Assembly (NCBI GenBank): GCA_021324685.1
Contig: JAJPIQ010000032.1
Location: forward strand, 2,878 to 66,877
DNA length: 64,000 bases
Source: Bacteroidota bacterium
Lineage (GTDB): Bacteria; Bacteroidota; Ignavibacteria; Palsa-1295
Direction: 5' to 3'
The stretch's first letter is position 1, and every line of letters begins with the position of its first letter. This document shows, piece after piece, positions 51,257 through 59,635 of this stretch. The translations under genes were made by a program, and so were the position numbers. Under the pieces are notes generated by a model, which ran no database searches, was not told where the DNA came from, and worked only from the letters and a program-made list of their open reading frames with translations.

Positions 51257-52817
51257 AAATTCTTTCGTAGGCTCCTTCGGCGCGCGGGCTGTTGTACCCA
51301 GCCCCGTAGCTCGACTCCGGCGGCACGTAGTCGGAGCGGCCGGCAGCCATATAGAGATAGCGAAGCGCGTCCGATTCGTCGTCGCCTTCGCCCGGAGGAT
51401 ATTCCCCCGTGGTCTTTTTCACGTCTTCCGGCCGACGATCGTCATGCTGGAGCTTTCTAATGCTACTCCAGAGAAAATGAAGATCATCGAAAATTCGAAT
51501 CTTCGGTTTCTTCTTGAGCCGCGTGACGACATTGCCGTCCCGATCGCGGTCCTCCTCCTGCTCGTAATGGAATCCTTCCAGGAGTGCCTGCCATCCAGCG
51601 ATTCGGTCGTTGTTGGCTTTTAAGAGGCGGAAGCTCCCGATCTCGTCCTCGGCGTTGTAAATCTCACCGGGTGTGCGATTCCCCTCGAGAGAACCGTCCG
51701 TTTTCCACATCGAAGGATCGCCGACCGCGACGAGGAACTTATCTAATTCGAATCCCGTCTGGGCGATCCGGTGCGCGATCCCTTCTTTATTCTGGAGTGG
51801 GGAGCGCCGGACCGCACTATAATCCATCCCGACCCATAGGGTGCCATCGAAATCGACGCGAGCGGCGATCGCCGCGCACGGGTGGGCGTAGCCCTGGTCG
51901 ACGGCAAGGAATGAGTTCCATTCCTTCGGCATTTCGAACCGCCTGACGAGGTGGACGTCGGGAACGAGGTCGTAGAACTGACCTTCGAAAACATCCCAGT
52001 GGCCGTAGAAATAAGCGTCGCGCAGCTTGGGCGGCTTTTTGTACAGCGCGTCCAGGTACTGCGCGGGGAGGGTCGGGTTGTCGATCGGAAGGGCCTGAAT
52101 AAAATAGTGCCCTTTACTGACGTACCCCGTCTCCGGATTCTTGCGCGGTTTATCGCGTTTATCCGGGTCTACGAAACGGCGACGTACCCACGCAGCGCCA
52201 ACGCCGGTAGGATTTGTAGCGCAAAGTATTGGAGAGTGTTCGATGCCTGGCCAGCGCAAGCGTGTCGCAAGAAAGTCGTACTCAGACTCTTCAATCTCGG
52301 TGACTTCATCAATCGCCGCCATCGCGAACTCGACGGATTTGTACTTATCGGGATCATCTAAATTTCGGAACTGAATAATACCGCCCCCATACTCGGGGTA
52401 GAGGCGGTATTCGTTGGACTTGCCGTGAAAATACCCGAGCCACTTGGGGAAGTGCCGCTCGATTTCTTTTAGGTGCCGATCCTCGATGGCCTTATACGTC
52501 GAGCAGAAAAGACCAACGCGCACATTCATGTGGCCTTCGGCGGCACGATCGAGAAGGAACTTTACGCAAGCCCAGCGCAGAATCCACGACTTCCCCGAAC
52601 CCATACTGCCGCCGTACAGCACGGCGTCGTACATATCCATCGCGCGCAGGAACTCGACCTGCTTCGGAAGGACGATCCGTTCGCCGGGCTTGATCTCGTA
52701 TTTCGTTCCGCCTGAATCGCGAACGAAGAGCGAGATCTTTTTTGTATTGTAGAGCGGCCAGACGAGAGACGCTAAATCAACGTTCGTCTCGCTGGTCTTC
52801 GGATTGAGAATTATCAT
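51213..52817 (-). CDS. Terminase large subunit
   Basis: Walker A LYGGSMGSGKSW on a 534-aa protein, with an ATPase N-domain and nuclease C-domain pattern. Confidence 0.85.
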   Translation of the reverse strand: MIILNPKTSETNVDLASLVWPLYNTKKISLFVRDSGGTKYEIKPGERIVLPKQVEFLRAMDMYDAVLYGGSMGSGKSWILRWACVKFLLDRAAEGHMNVRVGLFCSTYKAIEDRHLKEIERHFPKWLGYFHGKSNEYRLYPEYGGGIIQFRNLDDPDKYKSVEFAMAAIDEVTEIEESEYDFLATRLRWPGIEHSPILCATNPTGVGAAWVRRRFVDPDKRDKPRKNPETGYVSKGHYFIQALPIDNPTLPAQYLDALYKKPPKLRDAYFYGHWDVFEGQFYDLVPDVHLVRRFEMPKEWNSFLAVDQGYAHPCAAIAARVDFDGTLWVGMDYSAVRRSPLQNKEGIAHRIAQTGFELDKFLVAVGDPSMWKTDGSLEGNRTPGEIYNAEDEIGSFRLLKANNDRIAGWQALLEGFHYEQEEDRDRDGNVVTRLKKKPKIRIFDDLHFLWSSIRKLQHDDRRPEDVKKTTGEYPPGEGDDESDALRYLYMAAGRSDYVPPESSYGAGYNSPRAEGAYERIYEQTVYGRASIWAV

Positions 52818-53256
52818 CCGGGACGGGTTGTGGGGCGGGAACCGGAGCGCCGACGTCAGGGAGGGCGAAGTTCAGCGTCGGCTTATCTTGCTTCTTGGGG
52901 GCTTCCTGCTGGGCAGCCTTCCCCATCGTAAAGTTGATGTAATCAACTGCGGCCTGGCGCGCGACCTCGGGCTTTACCTTCGAGTCGTCGGCGATTTCGT
53001 AGAGCCGGTCGAAGCAGCGTTTCAGCTTCGTCTTCGAAATCGCGTGCAGCCGCGCCTCCTCGAAAACATCTTCGATGGTTGCGTCGGGGTCCTTGCGAGG
53101 GCGGCCGGGCCCGCGCTTGGGTGGGCCTTCGGGAGAAGGCCCTTCGTCTTCGATCGGCTCCTCGTCAAAGACAGGAGCCTCAGCGTCGCTCATTACGCGG
53201 CAACGGAGAAGAGGAGCCACTCGGAGTTTTTGCCGTCGTAGATCAGACCTACGCAT
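52777..53256 (-). CDS. Putative terminase small subunit / DNA-binding protein
   Basis: Immediately upstream of and overlapping the large terminase gene. It carries an AT-hook-like GRPRK. The assignment is positional. Confidence 0.35.
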   Translation of the reverse strand: MRRSDLRRQKLRVAPLLRCRVMSDAEAPVFDEEPIEDEGPSPEGPPKRGPGRPRKDPDATIEDVFEEARLHAISKTKLKRCFDRLYEIADDSKVKPEVARQAAVDYINFTMGKAAQQEAPKKQDKPTLNFALPDVGAPVPAPQPVPDDNSQSEDQRDER

Positions 53257-53525
53257 CCGGCGCCGGTGGTCGCGACGGTGTTACCCAACAGGTTAATTTG
53301 ATTCCCGCTCTTGGAGCTGGAACTTCCCTTGTCGGTAATCGTCATGGCGTTGGAGGTCGTGTTATACAAAATCACGATTTCGCCATCACGGCCGCTGGCA
53401 ATACCGTCGATCGAGAATGCGCCCGTCGGACCGCTGATGCGGACGAGCGACTGGTCTGCGCCGTCAATGTCGTGGTTGGCGCCGTTTGCCAGCGTAATCG
53501 TAACTGGCCGAGTTTGAAGTTTCAT
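53193..53525 (-). CDS. Hypothetical phage protein
   Basis: 110-aa beta-rich ORF. Confidence 0.3.
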   Translation of the reverse strand: MKLQTRPVTITLANGANHDIDGADQSLVRISGPTGAFSIDGIASGRDGEIVILYNTTSNAMTITDKGSSSSKSGNQINLLGNTVATTGAGCVGLIYDGKNSEWLLFSVAA

Positions 53526-53546
53526 TTTGGGAGGAGGAAGGTCGAG

Positions 53547-53765
53547 TTAAGAGTGGACGTTATCTTGAGGATAGCCGAAGTCGCCGTCAGCCGGCTCGCC
53601 AGCGTTGGTGTCTTCGATCGCACTTTGGGCTCCCGGCTCATCGAGCCATTCGGAGGCGCCTCGCGCAACGGTGGGAGCTGAAGCCGATATATTGAACGGA
53701 TCGACAGCTTCCTTGTGGCCGGCCGATTTTGGGACCGACACAGGGACAAGAGGGTCGTTGGACAT
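53547..53765 (-). CDS. Hypothetical phage protein
   Basis: 72-aa ORF. Confidence 0.25.
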   Translation of the reverse strand: MSNDPLVPVSVPKSAGHKEAVDPFNISASAPTVARGASEWLDEPGAQSAIEDTNAGEPADGDFGYPQDNVHS

Positions 53766-53834
53766 GGAAACTTTAAAAAGAAAAGGCCCCGTGAGGGCGG
53801 GGCCTGGAAACTATTTCTACGACGAGAAGGGGCT

Positions 53835-54107
53835 TCATCCCGCACCCGAGTTCTTCACCCACGGCGTCCAATAGTAGCTCGGTAGAAGGTCGTCTACCTT
53901 ACCATGAAGACCGCCTTCGCGATACCGGCGATGCTCGGTCGCGCGCACGTAGGAGTCATCCCGATAAGCAGAATCGACCCAGTGCATAAGCGAGTCGTAG
54001 GAACTTGGGGCCGACGGACGCGCGTGGTGTGTGCGATGGCCGTGTAGCCGCGGCGACGAAAGAAGCGCGAAGATGAGCAATAAACTGTTCATGCTCATCC
54101 TTAACAA
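53835..54107 (-). CDS. Small secreted protein
   Basis: Signal-peptide-like N-terminus MSMNSLLLIFALLSSPRLHG. Confidence 0.3.
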   Translation of the reverse strand: MLRMSMNSLLLIFALLSSPRLHGHRTHHARPSAPSSYDSLMHWVDSAYRDDSYVRATEHRRYREGGLHGKVDDLLPSYYWTPWVKNSGAG

Positions 54108-54130
54108 AAAAAATCGTGCCAGAATTACTA

Positions 54131-54694
54131 TTATTTCACCGGCTCTTTAACCGTCGTCGCAGGCGTATACTGCGGCTGGCCGGACTGTGGGTCGACCTGG
54201 AACTGATCGGGATTGCTGAACGGATCGGCGGCGATGAAGCCGGGGCGCGGCTGGACGCGGGGGGTTCCTGGCTGCGGGCGCTCATCGGCGGGGAGCGAAG
54301 CCATGTCCTGGGCGTGGGCGGCCTCCAGGACGTCGGCGTCCGAATGTAAGCCCTCGCCGAACGGGTGCGTGATGCCGCGGTCGGGATGTCCCTCGGGGAA
54401 TTCTTTGACGCCCATACCCTTCACGTCCGCGTTATCCGGATCGTAGTATTCCACGCCGGCGCCAACGGGAAGCTTTTTCTCGTCGTCAGTCATGCCGTAT
54501 CCATCCGTCCCATGCGTGCGCGTGCGTGTGCGTTCGACTTTGGGTTCCGGGGCCGGAGTAAGAACGCCGCCCTGGGGACGGGCTGGAGGGTTCCCGCCGC
54601 CGTCATAAGCTCCAGAGTCTCCGGAGTCGCCGGACGCCGGCATAGAGTTAATGTGGTCGTCGTGAGAGTAGGTCTCGAGTAAAGTACCTGGCAT
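54131..54694 (-). CDS. Low-complexity hypothetical phage protein
   Basis: 187 aa, Gly/Pro/Asp-rich; the first gene of the leftward operon. Confidence 0.3.
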   Translation of the reverse strand: MPGTLLETYSHDDHINSMPASGDSGDSGAYDGGGNPPARPQGGVLTPAPEPKVERTRTRTHGTDGYGMTDDEKKLPVGAGVEYYDPDNADVKGMGVKEFPEGHPDRGITHPFGEGLHSDADVLEAAHAQDMASLPADERPQPGTPRVQPRPGFIAADPFSNPDQFQVDPQSGQPQYTPATTVKEPVK

Positions 54695-54984
54695 TGGTAA
54701 AAGCTATATAGCGGAAAGAGGGGAAGAAAAGGTGGGGGACCGCACGCCTTCGAAGAATCGTGCGTATTAAATATAACCCCAAAACTCACAAAAAGAGTCC
54801 CATACTCAGGATTTCTCAGAATTCATAAAAAAAATTTGAGTAAGTCGGAACTACGCTGAGTTTGTCTGAGTTATACTCTCCGAATCGACAATATGGGCGT
54901 CGGAAACGCCGATCGTCCACAGCGGGACTTCACTTAACTAAAGACTATATGAAGCGCAAATAACCCCTGCCCCAACGACAGCGA

Positions 54985-55341
54985 TTGAATAGGTACGAGC
55001 GTGCAGCTCGAAGCAGGTCGCGGGTCGCTCGGCGGAAGGAAGAGTTGCGAAGGATACGGGCCGCGTTCTATCGCGCCTGCCCGTGCGGCGAAAGCGATCC
55101 TGCCTGCCTCGACTTCCACCACAAGGACCCCAGCCTCAAAGTCGCCCCGATCTCCGACATGATAACCAACTGCGTTTCGACGGAAGCGTTCCTCGCGGAG
55201 CTGAGTAAATGCGTCTGCATTTGCTCGAACTGTCATCGGAAGCACGAAGCGGAAAAGCGGGGATACCGAACGGCCGACTACACACTTAAAACCGAATTCG
55301 AGTCCGAGAGTTTCGATCACGAAAGCGAGGTGGAAGAGTAA
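54985..55341 (+). CDS. HNH endonuclease
   Basis: CPCGE...CLDFHHKDP...CSNCHRKHE arrangement of a Cys4 zinc and His-Asn-His core on a 118-aa protein. Confidence 0.6.
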   Translation: MNRYERAARSRSRVARRKEELRRIRAAFYRACPCGESDPACLDFHHKDPSLKVAPISDMITNCVSTEAFLAELSKCVCICSNCHRKHEAEKRGYRTADYTLKTEFESESFDHESEVEE

Positions 55342-55352
55342 CGTTTTTTTTG

Positions 55353-55454
55353 GGCGCCGTAGCTCAGTGGGTTAGAGCGTCCAGGGCCTCTGAGGGGATG
55401 GAATCGCCTCACGCCACTGGAAGGCCGCGGGTTCAAGTCCCGTCGGTGCCCCCA
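55353..55454 (+). tRNA. Atypical 102-nt tRNA-like gene with encoded CCA and a ~25-nt excess in the anticodon region (intron-containing tRNA or pseudo-tRNA?)
   Basis: A canonical 7-bp acceptor (GGCGCCG / CGGUGCC), discriminator C + CCA, D arm GCUCAGUGGGUUAGAGC and T arm GCGGGUUCAAGUCCCGU. The interval between the D and T arms is 47 nt instead of ~22. A potential 7-nt loop AUGGAAU (anticodon GGA) can be drawn but requires non-standard geometry. Confidence 0.45.
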
Positions 55455-55628
55455 GCCATAAGAAGAACGGAAGTAGTTCACGCCAACTCTCACCGGTGTG
55501 AGCATCAGTATGCAACACTCAACCCAAGGTCTCTCACCTTGGTGCGGGCGCCTGAAGGCAAGGCGAGGCACAGGGTTTTTCTTTCATGTTTCCCTGTACA
55601 AGCGGGTTCGATCCCCGCCGCTCGTGCG

Positions 55629-55847
55629 ATGAAAGTTATACGAATTAAGGGCTTAAAGAAGAAGCGGCCGCTCCGGTGGCTCGTGACGATCCCAGAGAAC
55701 CCGATGCTAACGAAAGCCATCCAGGCGACGCAGCGGACGGCGTATCGCAGGGGATACTCGCGCAAACAATCGACACAGTTCGCGCTGAACTTATTTAGCT
55801 CCGAAGTGCGGCGCGCGCTCGGGGCGCTGGAGCCAGCGACCAGCTAA
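55629..55847 (+). CDS. Small basic protein (possible DNA-binding regulator)
   Basis: 72 aa, Lys/Arg-rich (MKVIRIKGLKKKRPLRW...), starting right after a T-arm-like relic. Confidence 0.3.
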   Translation: MKVIRIKGLKKKRPLRWLVTIPENPMLTKAIQATQRTAYRRGYSRKQSTQFALNLFSSEVRRALGALEPATS

Positions 55848-55974
55848 AGCGTGACGTTCCGGCATACGTCCCAAGCGAAGGCGTGACGACGCTTCGCTTA
55901 AAACGCCGGGTTGGGGTGCAGGCGGATGGGCCGGCGCGGGCGAGGTTCGAGTCCTCGGCACCTCTCTATTTTCT

Positions 55975-56028
55975 TTGTCAACCGAACCGTTGACAAAAGT
56001 TCACAAAAACCAAGCTATACATTGACAA
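55975..56028. promoter_or_regulatory. Operator/promoter-like region with three TTGACAA half-sites
   Basis: TTGTCAAC-n6-GTTGACAA inverted repeat (55975-55996) plus a third TTGACAA (56022-56028). It sits immediately upstream of the first rightward gene and between divergent modules. Confidence 0.45.
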
Positions 56029-56034
56029 GGTCTT

Positions 56035-56244
56035 ATGGAAAAGCGAGCGTTTAAACGGCAGATTTTACGCAACGAGGCGGCGTGCCCCAGGTGCGGGGAG
56101 GTGCTAACGTCGCATAGAGTCACCGTTATGCACCGGTGTGCCTGCGGGAACCTGTTCGTGGGCGGCGGAAAACTCCTGATCGATCGGCATAGCCACATCG
56201 GGCCGTATGTCGAAATGAGTATTTGTAAGGTAGTCCCGGCATGA
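56035..56244 (+). CDS. Small Cys-rich zinc-ribbon protein (candidate transcriptional regulator)
   Basis: 69 aa with CPRCGEVL...HRCACGNLF. It is the first gene after the operator-like repeats. Confidence 0.35.
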   Translation: MEKRAFKRQILRNEAACPRCGEVLTSHRVTVMHRCACGNLFVGGGKLLIDRHSHIGPYVEMSICKVVPA

Positions 56245-56332
56245 TCGCGGTCCTACTTCTCCTTCAATGGTTCCTTCGCCGGCGCGACGAACGGGCGCTT
56301 GGGAAGAACTACGATTGGTCGGGAATCGACGT

Positions 56333-56911
56333 ATGAAACATCCACTCCTCTGCTTTATTGACCTCGAAACGACGGGGACGAACTTCGAGCGGCACGCGGT
56401 CACGCAGATCAGCGGGACGATCGCGGAGCTTATCGAGGGGAGCGTTGCGCCATCGAAGACCTTCGACTTTTTGGTGAAGTCGTTCGAGGGTGCGGAGATT
56501 TCCGAACAGGCGCTCGAGATCACGGGGAAGACGCGCGAAGACTTAGAGGGACATTCCGATGCCAATGAGGTCTATCGCGACTTCGTGAAAATACTCGGGC
56601 GCTATTGCAGCAAGTTCAACAAGACGGAAAAGTTCTGGCTCGTCGGCTACAATGCGCGGTTCGACTACGACTTCCTGCGAAAATTTTTCGAGCGCCAGGG
56701 CGATAAGTATTTCGGTTCGTGGTTCTGGTTCCCGCCGATCGACGTCATGAATATGGCGGCCGAGCGGCTGATGAAGGAACGCCACGCGATGCTGAACTTC
56801 AAGCTGGGAACCGTGGCCGATAAGCTGGGGGTCGAGGTGCCAGAGCGACTTCATGACGCGTCGGTCGACATCGCGCTCACGCGAGCTATCTACGACAAAC
56901 TAAGGCAATAA
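56333..56911 (+). CDS. DEDD-family 3'-5' exonuclease (DnaQ-like)
   Basis: Exo I motif LCFIDLETTGT and a downstream GYNARFDYDFL (Exo II-like). The start is chosen at MKHPLL (56333). Confidence 0.75.
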   Translation: MKHPLLCFIDLETTGTNFERHAVTQISGTIAELIEGSVAPSKTFDFLVKSFEGAEISEQALEITGKTREDLEGHSDANEVYRDFVKILGRYCSKFNKTEKFWLVGYNARFDYDFLRKFFERQGDKYFGSWFWFPPIDVMNMAAERLMKERHAMLNFKLGTVADKLGVEVPERLHDASVDIALTRAIYDKLRQ

Positions 56912-56915
56912 CCAT

Positions 56916-57419
56916 ATGACAGCACAGTATATCACGACAGCGCTTAAAAGCATTCATCTTTCGAAAGCAGAGTACGATGAGCTCGTAACAACGGCACGAA
57001 CGAGGCTGCGGGAAACAATGTCGGACGTACAGATAACACAGCCACTCGCGGACGGATTCGTTCTTGGCTATTCTATGATCGCCGGCACCGAGGTCGTGCC
57101 GCTGAGATACGCCGATCCGGACCTGATCGCGAGATACTGTGTATTCGAGACTCCGGGCGAGGTTCTGCGAGAGGCGCGGGAGCGCGAAATTCGCCGCAAA
57201 GCCAGCTTGGTGCGGAAGCGGATTTTGAAGGAGGAAGGGTTCGAAGAGTATGAACCCGGCCCGCAAGACCTCGTCTACACGGCCTCGTTTAAGCGCGGAG
57301 AGTGGGCGCCGCTGTGTGGGAGACACGATGGCGTTATTCCCTGGTACGTATTCCCCAGCAGCGCAACACGGGACCGGTTCTTTCGACTCATGGGGCCGGA
57401 ACTTAAAGACTTGGTGTGA
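56916..57419 (+). CDS. Hypothetical phage early protein
   Basis: 167-aa ORF overlapping the next gene by 4 nt. Confidence 0.4.
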   Translation: MTAQYITTALKSIHLSKAEYDELVTTARTRLRETMSDVQITQPLADGFVLGYSMIAGTEVVPLRYADPDLIARYCVFETPGEVLREAREREIRRKASLVRKRILKEEGFEEYEPGPQDLVYTASFKRGEWAPLCGRHDGVIPWYVFPSSATRDRFFRLMGPELKDLV

Positions 57420-57943
57420 CGGAGGGATTTTATCGCGCGATCTTTTCGCGGAATTCTGTAAAATACTGGGATGAACTTTGCGCGGTCGTCCCAGACCTCA
57501 GACCCAACTTCGGAGTGCCGCAGTCGAAAGAGTGGCACCCGGAAGGCGCCGTCCATATCCATATCTGCAAAGTTATCGATGCGGCCGCGGAACCTTTAAT
57601 TCGAAGTTCCGCGCCGCTCGACCGATGCGATTATACATTCGTACTGGCCGCCCTATTCCACGACATCGGGAAGGCCGCGACGCATGAGTTTAAAAACGGC
57701 ATTCACAGCTTCCGCGACCACGAAACGAAGTCCGTCGAGATACTGCAAGACTATCACGGGCTTATCTACGGACTCGGAGTAAAGCGGTGGAGGCTCGAGG
57801 CAATCGTACGGGACCACATGCGCGCCCACAGATATATCGACGGGCGCATGACAAAGCGAAGTAAGCGGCTGGAATTTATCCAGCTCCCGCATTACGAGGA
57901 CCTTCTCAAATTCGCAAAATACGACAGACAAGGAAAGCTTTAA
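57416..57943 (+). CDS. HD-domain phosphohydrolase
   Basis: H...AALFHDIGK...D pattern typical of the HD superfamily. Uses a GTG start overlapping the upstream stop. Confidence 0.65.
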   Translation: MTEGFYRAIFSRNSVKYWDELCAVVPDLRPNFGVPQSKEWHPEGAVHIHICKVIDAAAEPLIRSSAPLDRCDYTFVLAALFHDIGKAATHEFKNGIHSFRDHETKSVEILQDYHGLIYGLGVKRWRLEAIVRDHMRAHRYIDGRMTKRSKRLEFIQLPHYEDLLKFAKYDRQGKL

Positions 57944-57958
57944 TCAACCTAAACGACA

Positions 57959-58228
57959 ATGGGAAAGAAAAAGACATTATTGACAATAGAGCCTCTCGGC
58001 AACAACATCCCCTACATAGACGATGCGGACCTACGTATCGCCGAGTGGGAGCCGGAGGAGCTGGGTGGGCACTGCGTCAGCATAAGCGACGAAGGAATTA
58101 CCATCGGATGCCAGGGGCCCTATTCGTTGCAACAGTGGCGAGGGTGCTCGGCAGAGAACTCGCGCAGAAGAACTACCTCACCAAAGACGCCGAAGCCAAT
58201 CTCCGCTACGTATTGCCTATTTTGGTGA
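57959..58228 (+). CDS. Hypothetical protein (possible N-terminal part of a frameshifted gene)
   Basis: The ATG is immediately preceded by the conserved ACCTAAACGACA motif. The C-terminal third looks non-protein-like, whereas the overlapping -1 frame (to 58332) looks protein-like. Confidence 0.35.
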   Translation: MGKKKTLLTIEPLGNNIPYIDDADLRIAEWEPEELGGHCVSISDEGITIGCQGPYSLQQWRGCSAENSRRRTTSPKTPKPISATYCLFW

Positions 58229-58321
58229 AGGCATTTAAGGCGCGCAAAAAAGCGATCGCCGCGTTCGAAAAAGAAATGTCGAAGACCATCGATATTCCCG
58301 CACGTCCTACCAAGAGGAAGC

Positions 58322-58792
58322 GTGGAGCCTGAAGCGATTATCGAAGCCGTGTGTCGTGAGTTCGAGATCACTCCAGAGGTACTCGCGGGGCCGGACCGGA
58401 CAGCACGCGTTAGTTCGGCCCGTAGTATCGCAGCGGCGCTGCTGTGCGATAACCTCAACCTCACGTTCAGGCATGTAGGCGAGATATTAAAGAGGGATCG
58501 CTCCACCATCCATACGGCCGTAAAAACCACACGCGCGAAAGCTAAAGCGCAACCCAATTTCGCTGTAACGATGAGCAATATCTTCTCCGATGCGCGCGAC
58601 GCACTTCTACCCCCAAAGGGACGCGAGGCGAAGCACGCGCGTCGAGCACGGGAGTTTTTCAGGCTCCTTCGGGAACTACCTCACCTTTCGTGGGAGCGAA
58701 AGGTGGAATTATTAGAAATCGAATTCGACGCCGTCGCTTCCGACGCCGTGCGCGAATTCGCGACGGCCACGCCGGGCCAGACGGCGCACTAA
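58322..58792 (+). CDS. DnaA C-terminal-domain-like HTH protein
   Basis: VSSARSIAAALLCDNLNLTFRHVGEILKRDRSTIHTAV resembles the DnaA domain IV helix-turn-helix. Confidence 0.5.
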   Translation: MEPEAIIEAVCREFEITPEVLAGPDRTARVSSARSIAAALLCDNLNLTFRHVGEILKRDRSTIHTAVKTTRAKAKAQPNFAVTMSNIFSDARDALLPPKGREAKHARRAREFFRLLRELPHLSWERKVELLEIEFDAVASDAVREFATATPGQTAH

Positions 58793-58808
58793 CACAACCA
58801 CTACTTTA

Positions 58809-59141
58809 ATGCTAAAAACAGTATTCGGGGCCCTGGGCGTCATCGCAGTTCTCCTCGCCCTTACGTGGCTCGCTCAGGGCAATGAGTTTTTTATGTACAA
58901 AGTCTTTGCGCCGGCTCGGGAGAACGTGCGGCGCGAGGTTTTTGAGAATACGAAGTCATACAACCAGGGGATGGTCCAGCAAATCCGCGGGTACATGGCT
59001 TCCTACGCGCAGGCGGACTCGTCCCAAAAGGACGCGCTCGCCTCCGTCATCGTCCACGAAACGGCAGACTACGACGAAACAAAGCTTCCCGCCGACTGCC
59101 AGACCTTCATTGCTCAACTTAGACAGAAACAACTCCAATGA
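58809..59141 (+). CDS. Small membrane protein
   Basis: N-terminal TM helix VFGALGVIAVLLALTWLA. The stop overlaps the start of the lipoprotein gene (ATGA). Confidence 0.4.
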   Translation: MLKTVFGALGVIAVLLALTWLAQGNEFFMYKVFAPARENVRREVFENTKSYNQGMVQQIRGYMASYAQADSSQKDALASVIVHETADYDETKLPADCQTFIAQLRQKQLQ

Positions 59142-59635
59142 AATACGCCTTTATTTTACTACTCGCTATCTTCTGCGCCTCGTGCAGCCGGAACTCGTCT
59201 TCAGACGACGTTCAGCGCCAGCAACAAGAAAAGCTGTTAGCCGAGGGAACTGCTCAGACCGGAATGCCGGCGATCAAAAACTTCCGGGAGCGGAAGATGC
59301 TGAAGGATATTCTGGAGCTTCGCGACCAGAATGGACTGACGACGTACACGTATCTCTATAACGAGATGCAGGGGAAACTCGTATTTTTCGGGGAGACGAT
59401 CGGCTACGGGATTCCTTACGCCACAGAGTACACCAGCCCAGAGAAAGACGCGTACTACACGACAAGTTCAACCGTCCACATCACGCTCCCGCAGGCCGAC
59501 CCGAACGGGCTTTTTGCTCCGTCGAGCGCCGAGGGGACGTGGGTGTTACTTAAAAACCCCAACGGTAAAGACGTGCAGCCCGTCTACGTCGAGCCACGGA
59601 TCATCGTCAGTCCCTTCCGGCTCGACCTGAACTAA
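59138..59635 (+). CDS. Lipoprotein (candidate superinfection-exclusion moron)
   Basis: Signal peptide plus lipobox LLAIFCASCS on a 165-aa protein. Confidence 0.5.
   Translation: MKYAFILLLAIFCASCSRNSSSDDVQRQQQEKLLAEGTAQTGMPAIKNFRERKMLKDILELRDQNGLTTYTYLYNEMQGKLVFFGETIGYGIPYATEYTSPEKDAYYTTSSTVHITLPQADPNGLFAPSSAEGTWVLLKNPNGKDVQPVYVEPRIIVSPFRLDLN

Noticed and set aside
55353-55454. The 102-nt tRNA-like gene was considered as tRNA-Sec (selC) or tmRNA.
   Set aside because: It has no UCA anticodon loop, no 8-bp acceptor / 6-bp D stem, and is far too short with no tag reading frame for tmRNA. It is left as an atypical tRNA-like gene.
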